Sequence record: SRR20825006_260
Length of the DNA stretch: 48,782 nt
Direction: 5' to 3' (one strand)
Shown here: positions 1 through 9,442 of the stretch, one piece after another
How positions within the stretch are numbered: position 1 is the first letter of the stretch
Layout of the letters: each line of letters begins with the position of its first letter
Program-made: the position numbers and the translations under genes
The notes under the pieces: model-generated
Database searches by the model: none
Seen by the model: only the letters and a program-made list of their open reading frames with translations
What the model was told of the DNA's origin: nothing

Positions 1-50
1 CGGCGACCGAAGGGAGGCCGCGGGGGGTGCCACTAATTTCTCGCCAGACC

Positions 51-2405
51 TCAAAACGCGAGCGGAATCCTGGTCAACACAGCGCGGCGATCGGGCGTGG
101 CTTCACTGGCCGTGATCGGCTTGCGACCATGATCCTTGTGGTAGACGCCGACGAGCAAGGTGTACTCCTTACGCGCGCGGTAGGGGATCTGCATCTTGTA
201 GCGGTCGATGATAAACGTCCCGGGCTTCCACTCGTGCAGCGGGTAGGTCCCCTCGACGGGCACGTGGTCGAGGTTCTTGAGCTTCTTGCGATGATCCTCG
301 CCATGCATGAACAGCGCCCACCCCACAGGCAGCGGCTCGACCGACTCGAAGACGGTCTCGACGATGATGTGCTCGCCGGGGCGATACCCCTTCTCCTTGT
401 TGTGCTTTGAAGGATCGGCTGGCGAGACCGTCACGCCCACGATCTTGATCTCCTTGTCGATCTTGATGTCGAGCGGCTCGGCGCTCTCGGGCTTCTCGGT
501 CTTGGCGTAGCGCGCGGCGTACTCCTCCTGATGCGTCTTGTAGAAGGCGTTGACGTTGGCGCGCCAGGCGTTCAGGGCGGTGTGTTCTCGCGCGACCTGC
601 TCGGGGGATTGATAGGCAGACTTCTTCTCGAGAGGATCCTTGGAGAGATCGAACAGCTCGGCGGGTTGGGTGCCAAAGTGGTCGATGTACTTTCGCTCGT
701 CGAGGATCGTGGCCATGCAGCGACGCTCGTACCAGCAGTGCGCGAACAACCGGCGCTCCTTGTCGATCGCGAGCAAGCTCTGACCGGGGAAGGTGCCACC
801 CTTGACCTCGAAGCCGCTCAGGTCGATGACCGTCGGCGCCAGATCGAGCTGGCTGGTGCGAGGTTCGACCTCGCGCGGGTTTCCTGCCATGCTCGGGTCG
901 TGCACGAGCATCGGGATATGCAGCCCCTCCTGATAAATCACGTTGTCGTGCTGAGAGCGCCCATGCTCGTTAAAGCCCTCGCCGTGATCGCCAAGAATCA
1001 CGAAGACCGTGTCCTCGTAGCGCCCCTCTTTCTTGAACATCTCGATGACATTCTTGACGAACTGATCCACGTAGTGAACCGAGTTGAGGTAGCGATTGAA
1101 CTCCTCGTTCTCGGTCGTGTACTGCTTGAAGCCGTAGCGCTTTGGCGTCAGGTAATCGTGGTGCGGCGTGAGCGTCAGGTAAGCCATGAAGAAGGGCTTG
1201 TCCTTTGGCTGCTTTTTAAGCCACTTGCGCGATGGCTCGAGCATGATCTGGTCCTCGACGCCAAAGTAGTTGACCTTGTCGAAGCCCTTCTGGCTGCCGA
1301 GCTTTTCGAGCGGGAGGAAGTCCTCGAAGCCCATGTTATCGACGAGTGATTCTCTGGACTCGAAGCGCTTCGTGGCGGCCTGCAAGAACACCGTCGAATA
1401 CCCCTGCTCGCGATAGAGCCTTGGCAGACACTTGGCGGGCAGGCCAGCGCCGAGCGCCTCGGTGATCTTGAGCGTCAGATGCGGAGGAATCCCACACAGC
1501 GTGGACACGATCGCCTTTGACGTGTGCGGCATCACGGCCCAGGCGCGCTTTGCCACGATCGACTTTTTGGCCAACTCCTCCATATAAGGCGTCGTGCCTT
1601 TCATCTCGGGGTTGTAGAGCGAGGTCGCCGAGGCGCGCGTGGACTCGAGCAGGATGAAGACGACGTTGCGCTTCTTCTCGCCAGATTTTGGCGCTAGCGT
1701 GGCCTCGCGCGTATCGAAGCCCGCGCCTGCGGCGTTGCCCGAGCTATCCTCACCACCAAAGAGCGAACCCACGAACGTCAGCGTCGCGTTGCGCACGAGA
1801 TCCGACGCGCCGCCCACCCTGAAGAAGGGCCACACCAGCGTCACCACGACCGACACCGCGAGCACGATCGCCCAACGCTTGGTGCGCAACACGCCGTCCT
1901 GTGCGCCATCCTGCCAGCGAATCCACAGCTTGCGGATCACCCAGGGGAGCGAGAGCGCGAGCAACGTCCCGACGCCGATGCCGATCTTTACCGGGAGCGG
2001 CGTGGACTCGTTGATCAGGTTCCAGGTCTCCTCGCTGCGCTTGATCGCGTAGACGAGCAGGTCGACGTCGAAGGTCGAGCCGGTGACCTGGTAGAAGTTG
2101 TGCGCGACGAGCTCGATGCAGATCCAGGCGACCGTGACGATCTGAGCCAGCAGGATGGCCGGCCAGCGCCAGAGCGTCTTCTCGCCGATGGCGCGAAACG
2201 CGAGCATCCCGAGCGCGCCAAAGGCGCACACCGCCGTCACATCAGAGAGGAGCGTCGAGGGGAGCGCCAGCGCCGAGAGCGCATCATTTCCAAGGATTCG
2301 GACCGTCCTCAAGATGAGAATCAATGCCGAGAGAGGTCCCCACAACCCGAATAAAAAGGCGGCCATCGAAGGGCTCAGCCATTGCAAGCGTTCGCGCGAA
2401 ATCAT
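51..2405 (-). CDS. LTA synthase/sulfatase-family membrane protein with C-terminal beta-sandwich extension
   Basis: About 5 N-terminal TM helices, then alkaline-phosphatase-superfamily motifs NVVFILLES, PHTSKA (Thr nucleophile position), TPHHDY, YVDQFV and ILGDHGEGF. Start moved to ATG 2405 (AGGAG RBS upstream); the ORF track start at 2537 is less likely. Confidence 0.85.
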   Translation of the reverse strand: MISRERLQWLSPSMAAFLFGLWGPLSALILILRTVRILGNDALSALALPSTLLSDVTAVCAFGALGMLAFRAIGEKTLWRWPAILLAQIVTVAWICIELVAHNFYQVTGSTFDVDLLVYAIKRSEETWNLINESTPLPVKIGIGVGTLLALSLPWVIRKLWIRWQDGAQDGVLRTKRWAIVLAVSVVVTLVWPFFRVGGASDLVRNATLTFVGSLFGGEDSSGNAAGAGFDTREATLAPKSGEKKRNVVFILLESTRASATSLYNPEMKGTTPYMEELAKKSIVAKRAWAVMPHTSKAIVSTLCGIPPHLTLKITEALGAGLPAKCLPRLYREQGYSTVFLQAATKRFESRESLVDNMGFEDFLPLEKLGSQKGFDKVNYFGVEDQIMLEPSRKWLKKQPKDKPFFMAYLTLTPHHDYLTPKRYGFKQYTTENEEFNRYLNSVHYVDQFVKNVIEMFKKEGRYEDTVFVILGDHGEGFNEHGRSQHDNVIYQEGLHIPMLVHDPSMAGNPREVEPRTSQLDLAPTVIDLSGFEVKGGTFPGQSLLAIDKERRLFAHCWYERRCMATILDERKYIDHFGTQPAELFDLSKDPLEKKSAYQSPEQVAREHTALNAWRANVNAFYKTHQEEYAARYAKTEKPESAEPLDIKIDKEIKIVGVTVSPADPSKHNKEKGYRPGEHIIVETVFESVEPLPVGWALFMHGEDHRKKLKNLDHVPVEGTYPLHEWKPGTFIIDRYKMQIPYRARKEYTLLVGVYHKDHGRKPITASEATPDRRAVLTRIPLAF

Positions 2406-2542
2406 CCATGCTCCTGTCACGACCCATTCACGATCCTGAAACATAAATAAGGCGGGATCGCGACAAGGGGGGAGTATATGAGCATCGCCCCCCGATTTCA
2501 ACAAGTGAGCAAGGAGCCACAACCCACTGAAAACCAAGCAAT

Positions 2543-3058
2543 TTAGCGCGCGACAGCATCAGGCACATCCTCGAGCCACCCCTGCTCGATGACCCCGTGC
2601 AAGCCGATCAGGATCGCTTCGGCGGCGTCATGGCGAAGCGATGTCGGCGAGGGCAGATCGCTCCAGGAGATCACGGCTCGCGCCATCTGATCGGCGGTCT
2701 CCTTGGCGACCTGACCGCTGGTTTGCTCGCGCTTTAGGAGGAGCTGCTCGCGCCAGACCTCGGCGCCGATGGTCTTGCAGGGGATCTCCCACTTGTCGGC
2801 GAGCTTTCGCCAGAATGTGGCGAGCTCGCGGTCGCCCTCCATGAGGATCATCGAGAGGCCATCGATAGGACGCAGGATCCCGTAGATCGCCTTCTTGAGC
2901 TGCGCGCGGTTGGCAAAATGACTCGATCGGTACCAGCGCAAGCGGCCATCACCGCCGTAGAGCGCGAGCCCACAGCGGAGCCCGAGGTCGATCGCGAGCA
3001 GCGTCTCTTCGGGGGTGTCGTCGTCCTCGTTTCGTGTCGATGTCTGGTCTGCGGCCAA
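2543..3058 (-). CDS. small RNase H-fold (RuvC-like) hypothetical protein
   Basis: LLAIDLGLRCGLA first-strand motif, central MEGD and C-terminal HDAAEAILIG match the RuvC/YqgF acidic-residue spacing. TTG start with GGAG RBS. Confidence 0.6.
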   Translation of the reverse strand: MAADQTSTRNEDDDTPEETLLAIDLGLRCGLALYGGDGRLRWYRSSHFANRAQLKKAIYGILRPIDGLSMILMEGDRELATFWRKLADKWEIPCKTIGAEVWREQLLLKREQTSGQVAKETADQMARAVISWSDLPSPTSLRHDAAEAILIGLHGVIEQGWLEDVPDAVAR

Positions 3059-3927
3059 GGTCTCGCTCCATGTAAGGGTGATAAAACCAAGGTCGACACG
3101 GCCATCAGGGCGGGCAAACGAGGGGGGTCAAAACAACCTCCCACGCGTGGGTCACAGGCACCTTGATCTGAGTGATCTCGTCTTGATCCACGAAAGATGA
3201 TCGCAGTGCTCCGATTTTGGCTCGAACAGGCCCCGAATAAGGGGTTTAAAAGATGCCTCCCGAGGGCGCAACCACGCGAAATAAGGGACTTGCGCGATCC
3301 ACCCCAAACTTTCCCTCTTCTGCCCAGGTTGGCCACTTGCATCATCAGTCACGAGGGTGTAACGATCGTGGGGTGTGGAGAGGGAACTCTTCGCACGACA
3401 ATCACTGGAGCTTCGGTCCAGCAACAGATCACCAGACAGCCAGGATCGGCTGCACGGTCTGCCACTGTGACTGCATGAAACCAGGGCGCCATCGCCAGGT
3501 GGTGCCAAGATCATGGAAGATCGCCGAACCATCGGAAGGAACAGGGAAGTTTCGTCATGCAACAAGCCTCACACAACAGCCAGAAAGCGATCCGAGGTGC
3601 GATCGTCTGTTGGTCGAGGCTCCGCCCTAGAGAGACAGGTTCTCCCGGACAGCGTCGCGTCGCGAACACAGCGTGCCAATACCTATGGCAACGCAGTGGT
3701 TTGTGCGCTCTCACGTCTGCCCCGGCGAACCATCTCGCACGCTGACGAGATCGAGCACGAGAAAGCAGAGCCTGCTACTTGCTAGTCAGGACTTTCGCAC
3801 GATCACGTCGAACGATGAATGACGGTAACGCTCACGGACCCGATGGATGTTTCGCGACCTCCTCGCTGCTTGTCGGCCAGACAACACGAGGACGCGCGGA
3901 CGAATATAGCGACAGGCGCCAAAGACC
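3059..3927. promoter_or_regulatory. dnaA upstream regulatory region / possible replication origin
   Basis: 869-bp divergent intergenic region with 14 GATC sites between 3165 and 3804. Only degenerate DnaA-box-like 9-mers are present (TGATCCACG at 3184; CTCTCCACA on the minus strand at 3374-3382). Confidence 0.4.
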
Positions 3928-5568
3928 ATGACGGACATCTGGCAAGCTGCATTGCGTGACCTGGAAACCAAGGTCAGCTCTCACAACTACGAATCCTGGT
4001 TCAAGAACATCCAGTTCCACCATCAGGAGGGCCGCGTGGCCCACCTGGAGGTCGAGGATGCTTTCTTTAAAGCCTGGATCGAGGAAAACTACATCGACCT
4101 GATCGAGGAGTCGCTCACCAGCGTCGCCGCCGATCAGATGCGCGTCGTGATCAGCGTCGTCGGCGAATACGCCGAGCGCGAGCGCACGCTCGATGTCGCC
4201 ATCAGCGAGCCGCTCGCGGCGCGCGAGGCACGCATCCCCGCAGCGCACGACCCGCAGACCGATATCTTTAACCAGATCGGCTTCTCGCCGCTGCCCGCAG
4301 CGCAAGCGCACATGCAGGCTCCGATGGCTCCCGCAGCCGCGACGCCTGCGCCAACTCCTGCGCCACAGGCAGCAGCACCCACGCCAGCGCCTGCGCCACA
4401 ACGCACCCCGCAGCATCGCGCGCCGACCTCTTACTCGAGCCAGCCCGGCGCGCACCGTCACGCGCCGCTCGCTCCGCAGTCGCAAACCATCGATGGCGCG
4501 CCCGGATACCTGCGCCCCGCACCCTCCTACGAAGAGGCAGTGCGCCACGCAGGGCTTAACCCGCGCTACACCTTCGATGAGTTCGTCGTCGGACCGTCCA
4601 ACCAGTTCACGCACGCGGCCTGCATCTCGATCGCCAATAACCCGGGCACCAACTACAACCCGCTGTTTATCTTTGGCGGCGTGGGCCTTGGCAAAACGCA
4701 CCTGCTGCAAGCGATCGGCCTCGAGGTCCTTCGCCAGGACCCTCGCAAGCGCGTCGTCACGCTCTCGAGCGAAGGCTTCATGAACAAGCTCATCACGAGC
4801 TTGCGCCAGAACGACATGAACTCCTTCCGCACCCAGTTCCGCGACAACTGCGACGTGCTCCTGATCGATGACATCCAGTTCATCGGCGGCAAGGACTCCA
4901 CGCAGGAAGAGTTCTTCCACACCTTCAACGCGCTCCATCACGCTGGAAAACAGATCGTGATGACCTCGGACAAGTCGCCAAAGGAGCTCCCCGGTATCGA
5001 AGAGCGCCTTCGCAGCCGCTTCTCCTGGGGCCTCATCGCGGATGTCCAGCCCCCCGAGATCGAGACGCGCCTCGCCATCCTCGAGAAGAAGGCCGAGGCC
5101 GATGGGATCACCCTCGACAAAGAAGTCGGCATGTTGCTCGCCAGCAGCATCCGCTCCAACGTCCGCGACCTCGAAGGCACGCTCGTTCGCCTGAGCGCCC
5201 AGGCGAGCCTGATGAACCAGCCGATCACCGTCGAGATGGCGCGCCAACACCTGCGTCGCATGAACCTCGAGCAGGATCGCACCATCTCCGTCGACAAGAT
5301 CATCACCCGCGTCGCCGAACACCACGGCATCACCGCCAGTGATATCCGCGGCTCTCGCCGCACGCGCACCATCTCCGAGCCGCGCCAGTTCGCCATGTAC
5401 CTCGCGCGCAAGCTCACCGATCACTCCTACCCGGAGCTCGGTCGCATGTTCGGCGGCAAGGACCACACCACCGTACTCGCCGCTTGCCGCAAACTCGAGA
5501 AGCTCGTCGAGAACGATCAGGACGTCGCCTCCAACATGCGCGAGCTCGAGCTCGCCGTGGGGCGCTGA
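3928..5568 (+). CDS. dnaA: chromosomal replication initiator DnaA
   Basis: LNPRYTFDEFVVG, YNPLFIFGGVGLGKTHL (Walker A), LLIDDIQF (Walker B), QEEFFHTFN, RLRSRFSWGL, NVRDLEG and domain IV FGGKDHTTV. Confidence 0.98.
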   Translation: MTDIWQAALRDLETKVSSHNYESWFKNIQFHHQEGRVAHLEVEDAFFKAWIEENYIDLIEESLTSVAADQMRVVISVVGEYAERERTLDVAISEPLAAREARIPAAHDPQTDIFNQIGFSPLPAAQAHMQAPMAPAAATPAPTPAPQAAAPTPAPAPQRTPQHRAPTSYSSQPGAHRHAPLAPQSQTIDGAPGYLRPAPSYEEAVRHAGLNPRYTFDEFVVGPSNQFTHAACISIANNPGTNYNPLFIFGGVGLGKTHLLQAIGLEVLRQDPRKRVVTLSSEGFMNKLITSLRQNDMNSFRTQFRDNCDVLLIDDIQFIGGKDSTQEEFFHTFNALHHAGKQIVMTSDKSPKELPGIEERLRSRFSWGLIADVQPPEIETRLAILEKKAEADGITLDKEVGMLLASSIRSNVRDLEGTLVRLSAQASLMNQPITVEMARQHLRRMNLEQDRTISVDKIITRVAEHHGITASDIRGSRRTRTISEPRQFAMYLARKLTDHSYPELGRMFGGKDHTTVLAACRKLEKLVENDQDVASNMRELELAVGR

Positions 5569-5608
5569 CCACACAAACGCGCTCTTCACACCACACTGTG
5601 TGCCTTCG

Positions 5609-5649
5609 ATGCCACAAAACCTGGCTTATTTGCTCGGGTTTTGTGGCAT
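5609..5649 (+). terminator. stem-loop downstream of dnaA (putative terminator)
   Basis: ATGCCACAAAACC ... GGTTTTGTGGCAT 13-bp inverted repeat, 40 bp after the dnaA stop, followed by TT. Confidence 0.5.
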
Positions 5650-5709
5650 TTCTGCGTTGGCACAACTCTGGCAAATCTCTTCTTCCATCAACCGAAGGAG
5701 ATAAAAGCC

Positions 5710-6918
5710 ATGACCCGACACACACACGCACTCATTCGCATCCTGAGCGCTTGCTCACTCTTGCTCGCCGCGAGCGCCTGCGGTGAACTCACCGTCGAAG
5801 ACCACGACTCGAGCGCTCCGATCGACACGCCTGCTGGCGAGACCGACACGCCGCCACCGAACACCACGAGTACAGCGAACAACGCGTCGAACACCTAGAC
5901 GCCCGAGCCAGAAGCGCCTGCCAACAATACGACCGACGAGGCACCGGTTCAGACAACACCAGCGATGGAGGAGCAACCTCCTGCCATGGAAGAGGAGCCA
6001 CCGATGATGGAAGAGCCTCCTCCCATGATGGAGGAGCAACCACCCGAGATGATGGAGCCGCCGCTGCCAAACCCTCAGGAGTGCCTCTTCACATCGCCAA
6101 GTTACAACAATGGGATGCGGCTGCTCGATATCATGGCGCCCTCGACGCAACGCCTGACCTACAGAGTTCACGACCTGCCCGATCCGAGCCTTATCACGCG
6201 CGCGACGCTCACCTTCGACACCCATGACGCCGATCATCCAGGGCAAGAGGGCGAGGTCTTTATCAACGGCACTGGAGGCTTGCAGATCCCGGCCAACGCC
6301 GCCTGGGATAACAAGGACAGCACGGCGCGCCTGGATGTGACAGGGATGCTCCAGGCGGGCACGAACACCATCGAGTTTGGCGCCGGTGGGACACAGCGCA
6401 CCTACTACAAGATCGGGCGCGTCGCGCTCGAGGTCGAGGCGCGCGTCACGCAATGCGTCGCTCCTCCAGAACCTCCGCCCGCGCAAGCCGTCACACTCGA
6501 AATGAGCTACCTCGACGCGCGCTACACGAAGCGACAGAACTGGGTGATCCGCTGCAATGATTACGCGTTCACCGCGCGCGGCGACGAACACCACGCCACC
6601 GACTGTGACGGAGATTACGCTCCCGATGGAAGCCGCAAGGGGAAGGTCCACTTCGAGTTCTCGAACGTCACGCCAGCGACCTACGAGGTTCGCATTCACG
6701 CCAGACACACGGAGAACCGCAACCCCAACGGCGCGTTGTTCATCGTCAACGGCGTCGAGAAGAGAATCCTCCAACACGATCCTCAGGGGAGGAAGCTAAC
6801 GACGGTGTGGGGCGAGGCGGCGCTGTCGGGTGATGTGACCGTCACGCTCGACTCTTCGAGGGAGGGTGAGTCGGACAGCATCATCTGGGTCAAGCTCGTC
6901 CCCGTCGCGGCGCCGTGA
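5710..6918 (+). pseudogene. lipoprotein with Pro/Glu/Met-rich linker and C-terminal carbohydrate-binding-like beta-sandwich domains, interrupted by an in-frame TAG at 5896-5898
   Basis: GAAGGAG RBS, ATG 5710 and lipobox ASAC. The frame continues unbroken after TAG 5896 (TPEPEAPANNTT...) into the 5965-6918 ORF. Confidence 0.7.
5965..6063 (+). repeat. coding tandem repeat (M)MEE(Q/E/P)PP
   Basis: MEEQPPA-MEEEPP-MMEEPPP-MMEEQPPE-MMEPP, with ATGGARGAG units in the DNA. Confidence 0.8.
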
Positions 6919-6945
6919 CCTGTGATACCTGACCTCTGATGGCGC

Positions 6946-9363
6946 TCACATCGGGCCATACCACGCGGGATCGACGCGCACGGTAGAGACAAAGACGCTC
7001 TGATCGCCCGTGTGAACTGGTGTGGCGAGCGGACCCCGGAGCTTTTTGGAGACCTCCTCGGGGACGCCAGGGACGTACTCGGTGACCTCGAGCTCGAGCT
7101 GGCTGACGTCCTTCTCGACAATCACTCGGAGCGGTCGCTCGTGTGGGATGAGGATATGCTCGTTATTCTTGATCTCGAGGCATGGTGAGCTCCAACCAAA
7201 GCATGTGCCCTCTTTCACGGTCGCGATCTGGTGCTTTTGCAAGTGCGCGTGGAGCTCGTCATTGTCGAGCCCGCTCGCTTCGGACGGGAGCCAGAAGATG
7301 CGCGCGCCAGAGGTCTCGCGCAGCATCATCACGGAAGCATTTCTTTTGGACTCGATAAGAATCAATGACGCCGCAGGAGGATCATCGTAAGCGACAGGTT
7401 GCGTCCTGGCCCTCGGGTCGAGCGATCCGAGCGGTTTGAGCTCGGGCGACGCGCTGTTCTGTTTGGGGATCGTGCCGGAGGTGTAAAGCGCGCGACCCAG
7501 CCTCTTTAGCGCAGCGGGTATCTCACCGACGGCGCGTGTGGGGTTCGGGGCAAGATCAGTCCCTCGCGCTCGCCTGCCGATCATATCCATCGGCATCATC
7601 GCGAGGTAGACAGACGCCTGGTTTCGCTGATCGTGCTCGAGCACATGGACGTTCGCGCCAACGGGTCGCTCGGGCGACGCGGCCGGAAACGCGAGGATGT
7701 AGACCACGGCAGAAGCGATCAACCAGAGCATCCCCACCCAGAATCCAGTTTTGCGCCCCCACCCTTCCTCGCTCGTCAGCGGCATCAGCGACAACATGAG
7801 CAACGAGACGGGGATCCCCACGATAAGCGAACTCAGCAGCTCCAGCCCATCGATCAGCGACCACAGCAGCGGCAACCAGACGGCGGCGCCAAACAGCGCG
7901 GTGAGCATCGTGACAAGGCGTGGGGCCTTGCCTCGGATCAGGCTCGCCAGCGCGGCGAACACACAGGGCGCGATAAAGATATAACTCACCGCAGGCAGCA
8001 GCACCGCGGTCAGTCCTCCGAGCACCGAGAGGAAGATCCAGTGGCCAAACCAGAGATGGGTTGACTCCCACTCACTCTGGTACGAGTTGAACCCGCAAAA
8101 GAGCAGCACCGTGAGCAAACCATACATCCAGACGACAACCTCGCGGTTCGCGCGCCAGAAGAAGATGTCCCCCACGAACTCACCGAGCACCCAGTGCACG
8201 CCGAGCAGCGCCAGCGCCATCAGGAACAGATAAAGCAATGGCTTGAGCGCGTGACCGATCAGCGAGCGCGTCGAGATGCCCGCGTGGAGCCTGTAGCGAC
8301 CTCCCTGGATCGCGACAGCGATAAGCATCAGCAACGCGAACAACGCCAGACCCGAGGACCAGGGCTCTGGCCACTTCAGCACGAACCTTCCCAACACATC
8401 GAAGTATACCGCGCGATCATCAGGCAGGCGCTTTAGCGAGGTCGAGGTGAGCTGCTCGACCATCTCGGCGGCGTTTTGTCCCTGGTGCTGTAGCGAATCG
8501 AGCGAGAGGTGCTCGAGGTCATCGAGCGGGGTGTGATAATGAGCGACCTCGGCGAAGAACCCGAAGTTGACGCCAGGCTTCGCGTGCTCGCGGTGCACGT
8601 GCAGATCAGAACCGTTGGGTAAGCGCTCGTAGACCGCAGGCGCGAGGCTGTTCACAGCAGGCGCAGACAACCCGTAGGCCGCCTTATCGAGCAACCACGC
8701 GGGTGAGCGCGCCGCCTCGAAGATAAAGCTGCGACCTCGCGTGCCGCGCGCCTCGAGGTTGACGACCACCTTCACGCGCTCCGAGAGCGGGTGTTCATAG
8801 ATCGCCTCGGCGCCAAACAACCCGGTCTCCTCGCCATCAGAGACAAAGTAGAGGACGCTATTCTTGCCATGAACCTCGAGGTTCGAAGCCTTACGTGTCG
8901 CGGCGACCTCGAGCATCGCCGCGACAGACGCCAGATCATCGGCGACGCCAGGACCCGCGCCCACCGAGTCATGGTGCGCCGAGAGCATCACCAGGTTCTG
9001 GTCGTTCTTCAGCACGCTCGGGTGATAGGCGATGATATTGCGAACCTCGGCGCAGCGACCGAAGTTACAGACGCGCTCGCGGTGGATCTCTGCGAACAAC
9101 CCGAGCTCCTCGAACTGCTCGAAGATACGGTCGGCGACTTTGGCGTTGGGCGCGCTCCCCACCACGCGAGGCGTCGTGGTCTGACCTTGCAGCAAGCGCT
9201 CCAGCCGAAGCATCGCGCGTTGCGCAGAGAAGACCTTCGGATCATCCGTGACTGGCCTCGCCGCGGGAGGTTGCGAGCAAAACCAGATCACGACGCAACC
9301 GAGCGCGATGGCATAGAGCCAGAGCGGGCTCAAACGTGCGGACCAGTCTTTTCGGGAAGACAT
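6946..9363 (-). CDS. membrane-anchored M28 family metallopeptidase
   Basis: SAHHDSV-GPGVADD, DGEETGLFGA, NLEARG and HYHTPLD metal-binding motifs, followed by about 8 TM helices. Confidence 0.9.
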   Translation of the reverse strand: MSSRKDWSARLSPLWLYAIALGCVVIWFCSQPPAARPVTDDPKVFSAQRAMLRLERLLQGQTTTPRVVGSAPNAKVADRIFEQFEELGLFAEIHRERVCNFGRCAEVRNIIAYHPSVLKNDQNLVMLSAHHDSVGAGPGVADDLASVAAMLEVAATRKASNLEVHGKNSVLYFVSDGEETGLFGAEAIYEHPLSERVKVVVNLEARGTRGRSFIFEAARSPAWLLDKAAYGLSAPAVNSLAPAVYERLPNGSDLHVHREHAKPGVNFGFFAEVAHYHTPLDDLEHLSLDSLQHQGQNAAEMVEQLTSTSLKRLPDDRAVYFDVLGRFVLKWPEPWSSGLALFALLMLIAVAIQGGRYRLHAGISTRSLIGHALKPLLYLFLMALALLGVHWVLGEFVGDIFFWRANREVVVWMYGLLTVLLFCGFNSYQSEWESTHLWFGHWIFLSVLGGLTAVLLPAVSYIFIAPCVFAALASLIRGKAPRLVTMLTALFGAAVWLPLLWSLIDGLELLSSLIVGIPVSLLMLSLMPLTSEEGWGRKTGFWVGMLWLIASAVVYILAFPAASPERPVGANVHVLEHDQRNQASVYLAMMPMDMIGRRARGTDLAPNPTRAVGEIPAALKRLGRALYTSGTIPKQNSASPELKPLGSLDPRARTQPVAYDDPPAASLILIESKRNASVMMLRETSGARIFWLPSEASGLDNDELHAHLQKHQIATVKEGTCFGWSSPCLEIKNNEHILIPHERPLRVIVEKDVSQLELEVTEYVPGVPEEVSKKLRGPLATPVHTGDQSVFVSTVRVDPAWYGPM

Positions 9364-9382
9364 AAGCAGCGACTCCAGGTCA

Positions 9383-9408
9383 GAGGTTCTCTTTACAGAG
9401 AGAACCTC
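9383..9408. other. intergenic stem-loop
   Basis: GAGGTTCTCT-ttacag-AGAGAACCTC, a 10-bp stem between the 9443 stop and the 9363 start. Confidence 0.4.
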
Positions 9409-9442
9409 ATCATTGCTGGCAGGGTCGCTTCGTCAAGTGACC

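Noticed and set aside
3152-3785. Several short ORFs upstream of dnaA
   Set aside because: Overlapping, no convincing RBS, non-coding-like composition, no recognisable motifs.
3832-5589. 585-aa minus-strand ORF
   Set aside because: Antisense shadow of dnaA caused by GC3 codon bias; no motifs.
5569-5709. Possible oriC downstream of dnaA (CCACA/TGTGG strings)
   Set aside because: Only 140 bp long; the matches are better explained as the two arms of a hairpin, and there is no good DnaA box.
5896-5898. Pyrrolysine or alternative genetic code explanation for the TAG
   Set aside because: TAG serves as a normal stop in neighbouring genes (e.g. 23200, 37626), the site is in a disordered linker, and no pyl genes are in the window.
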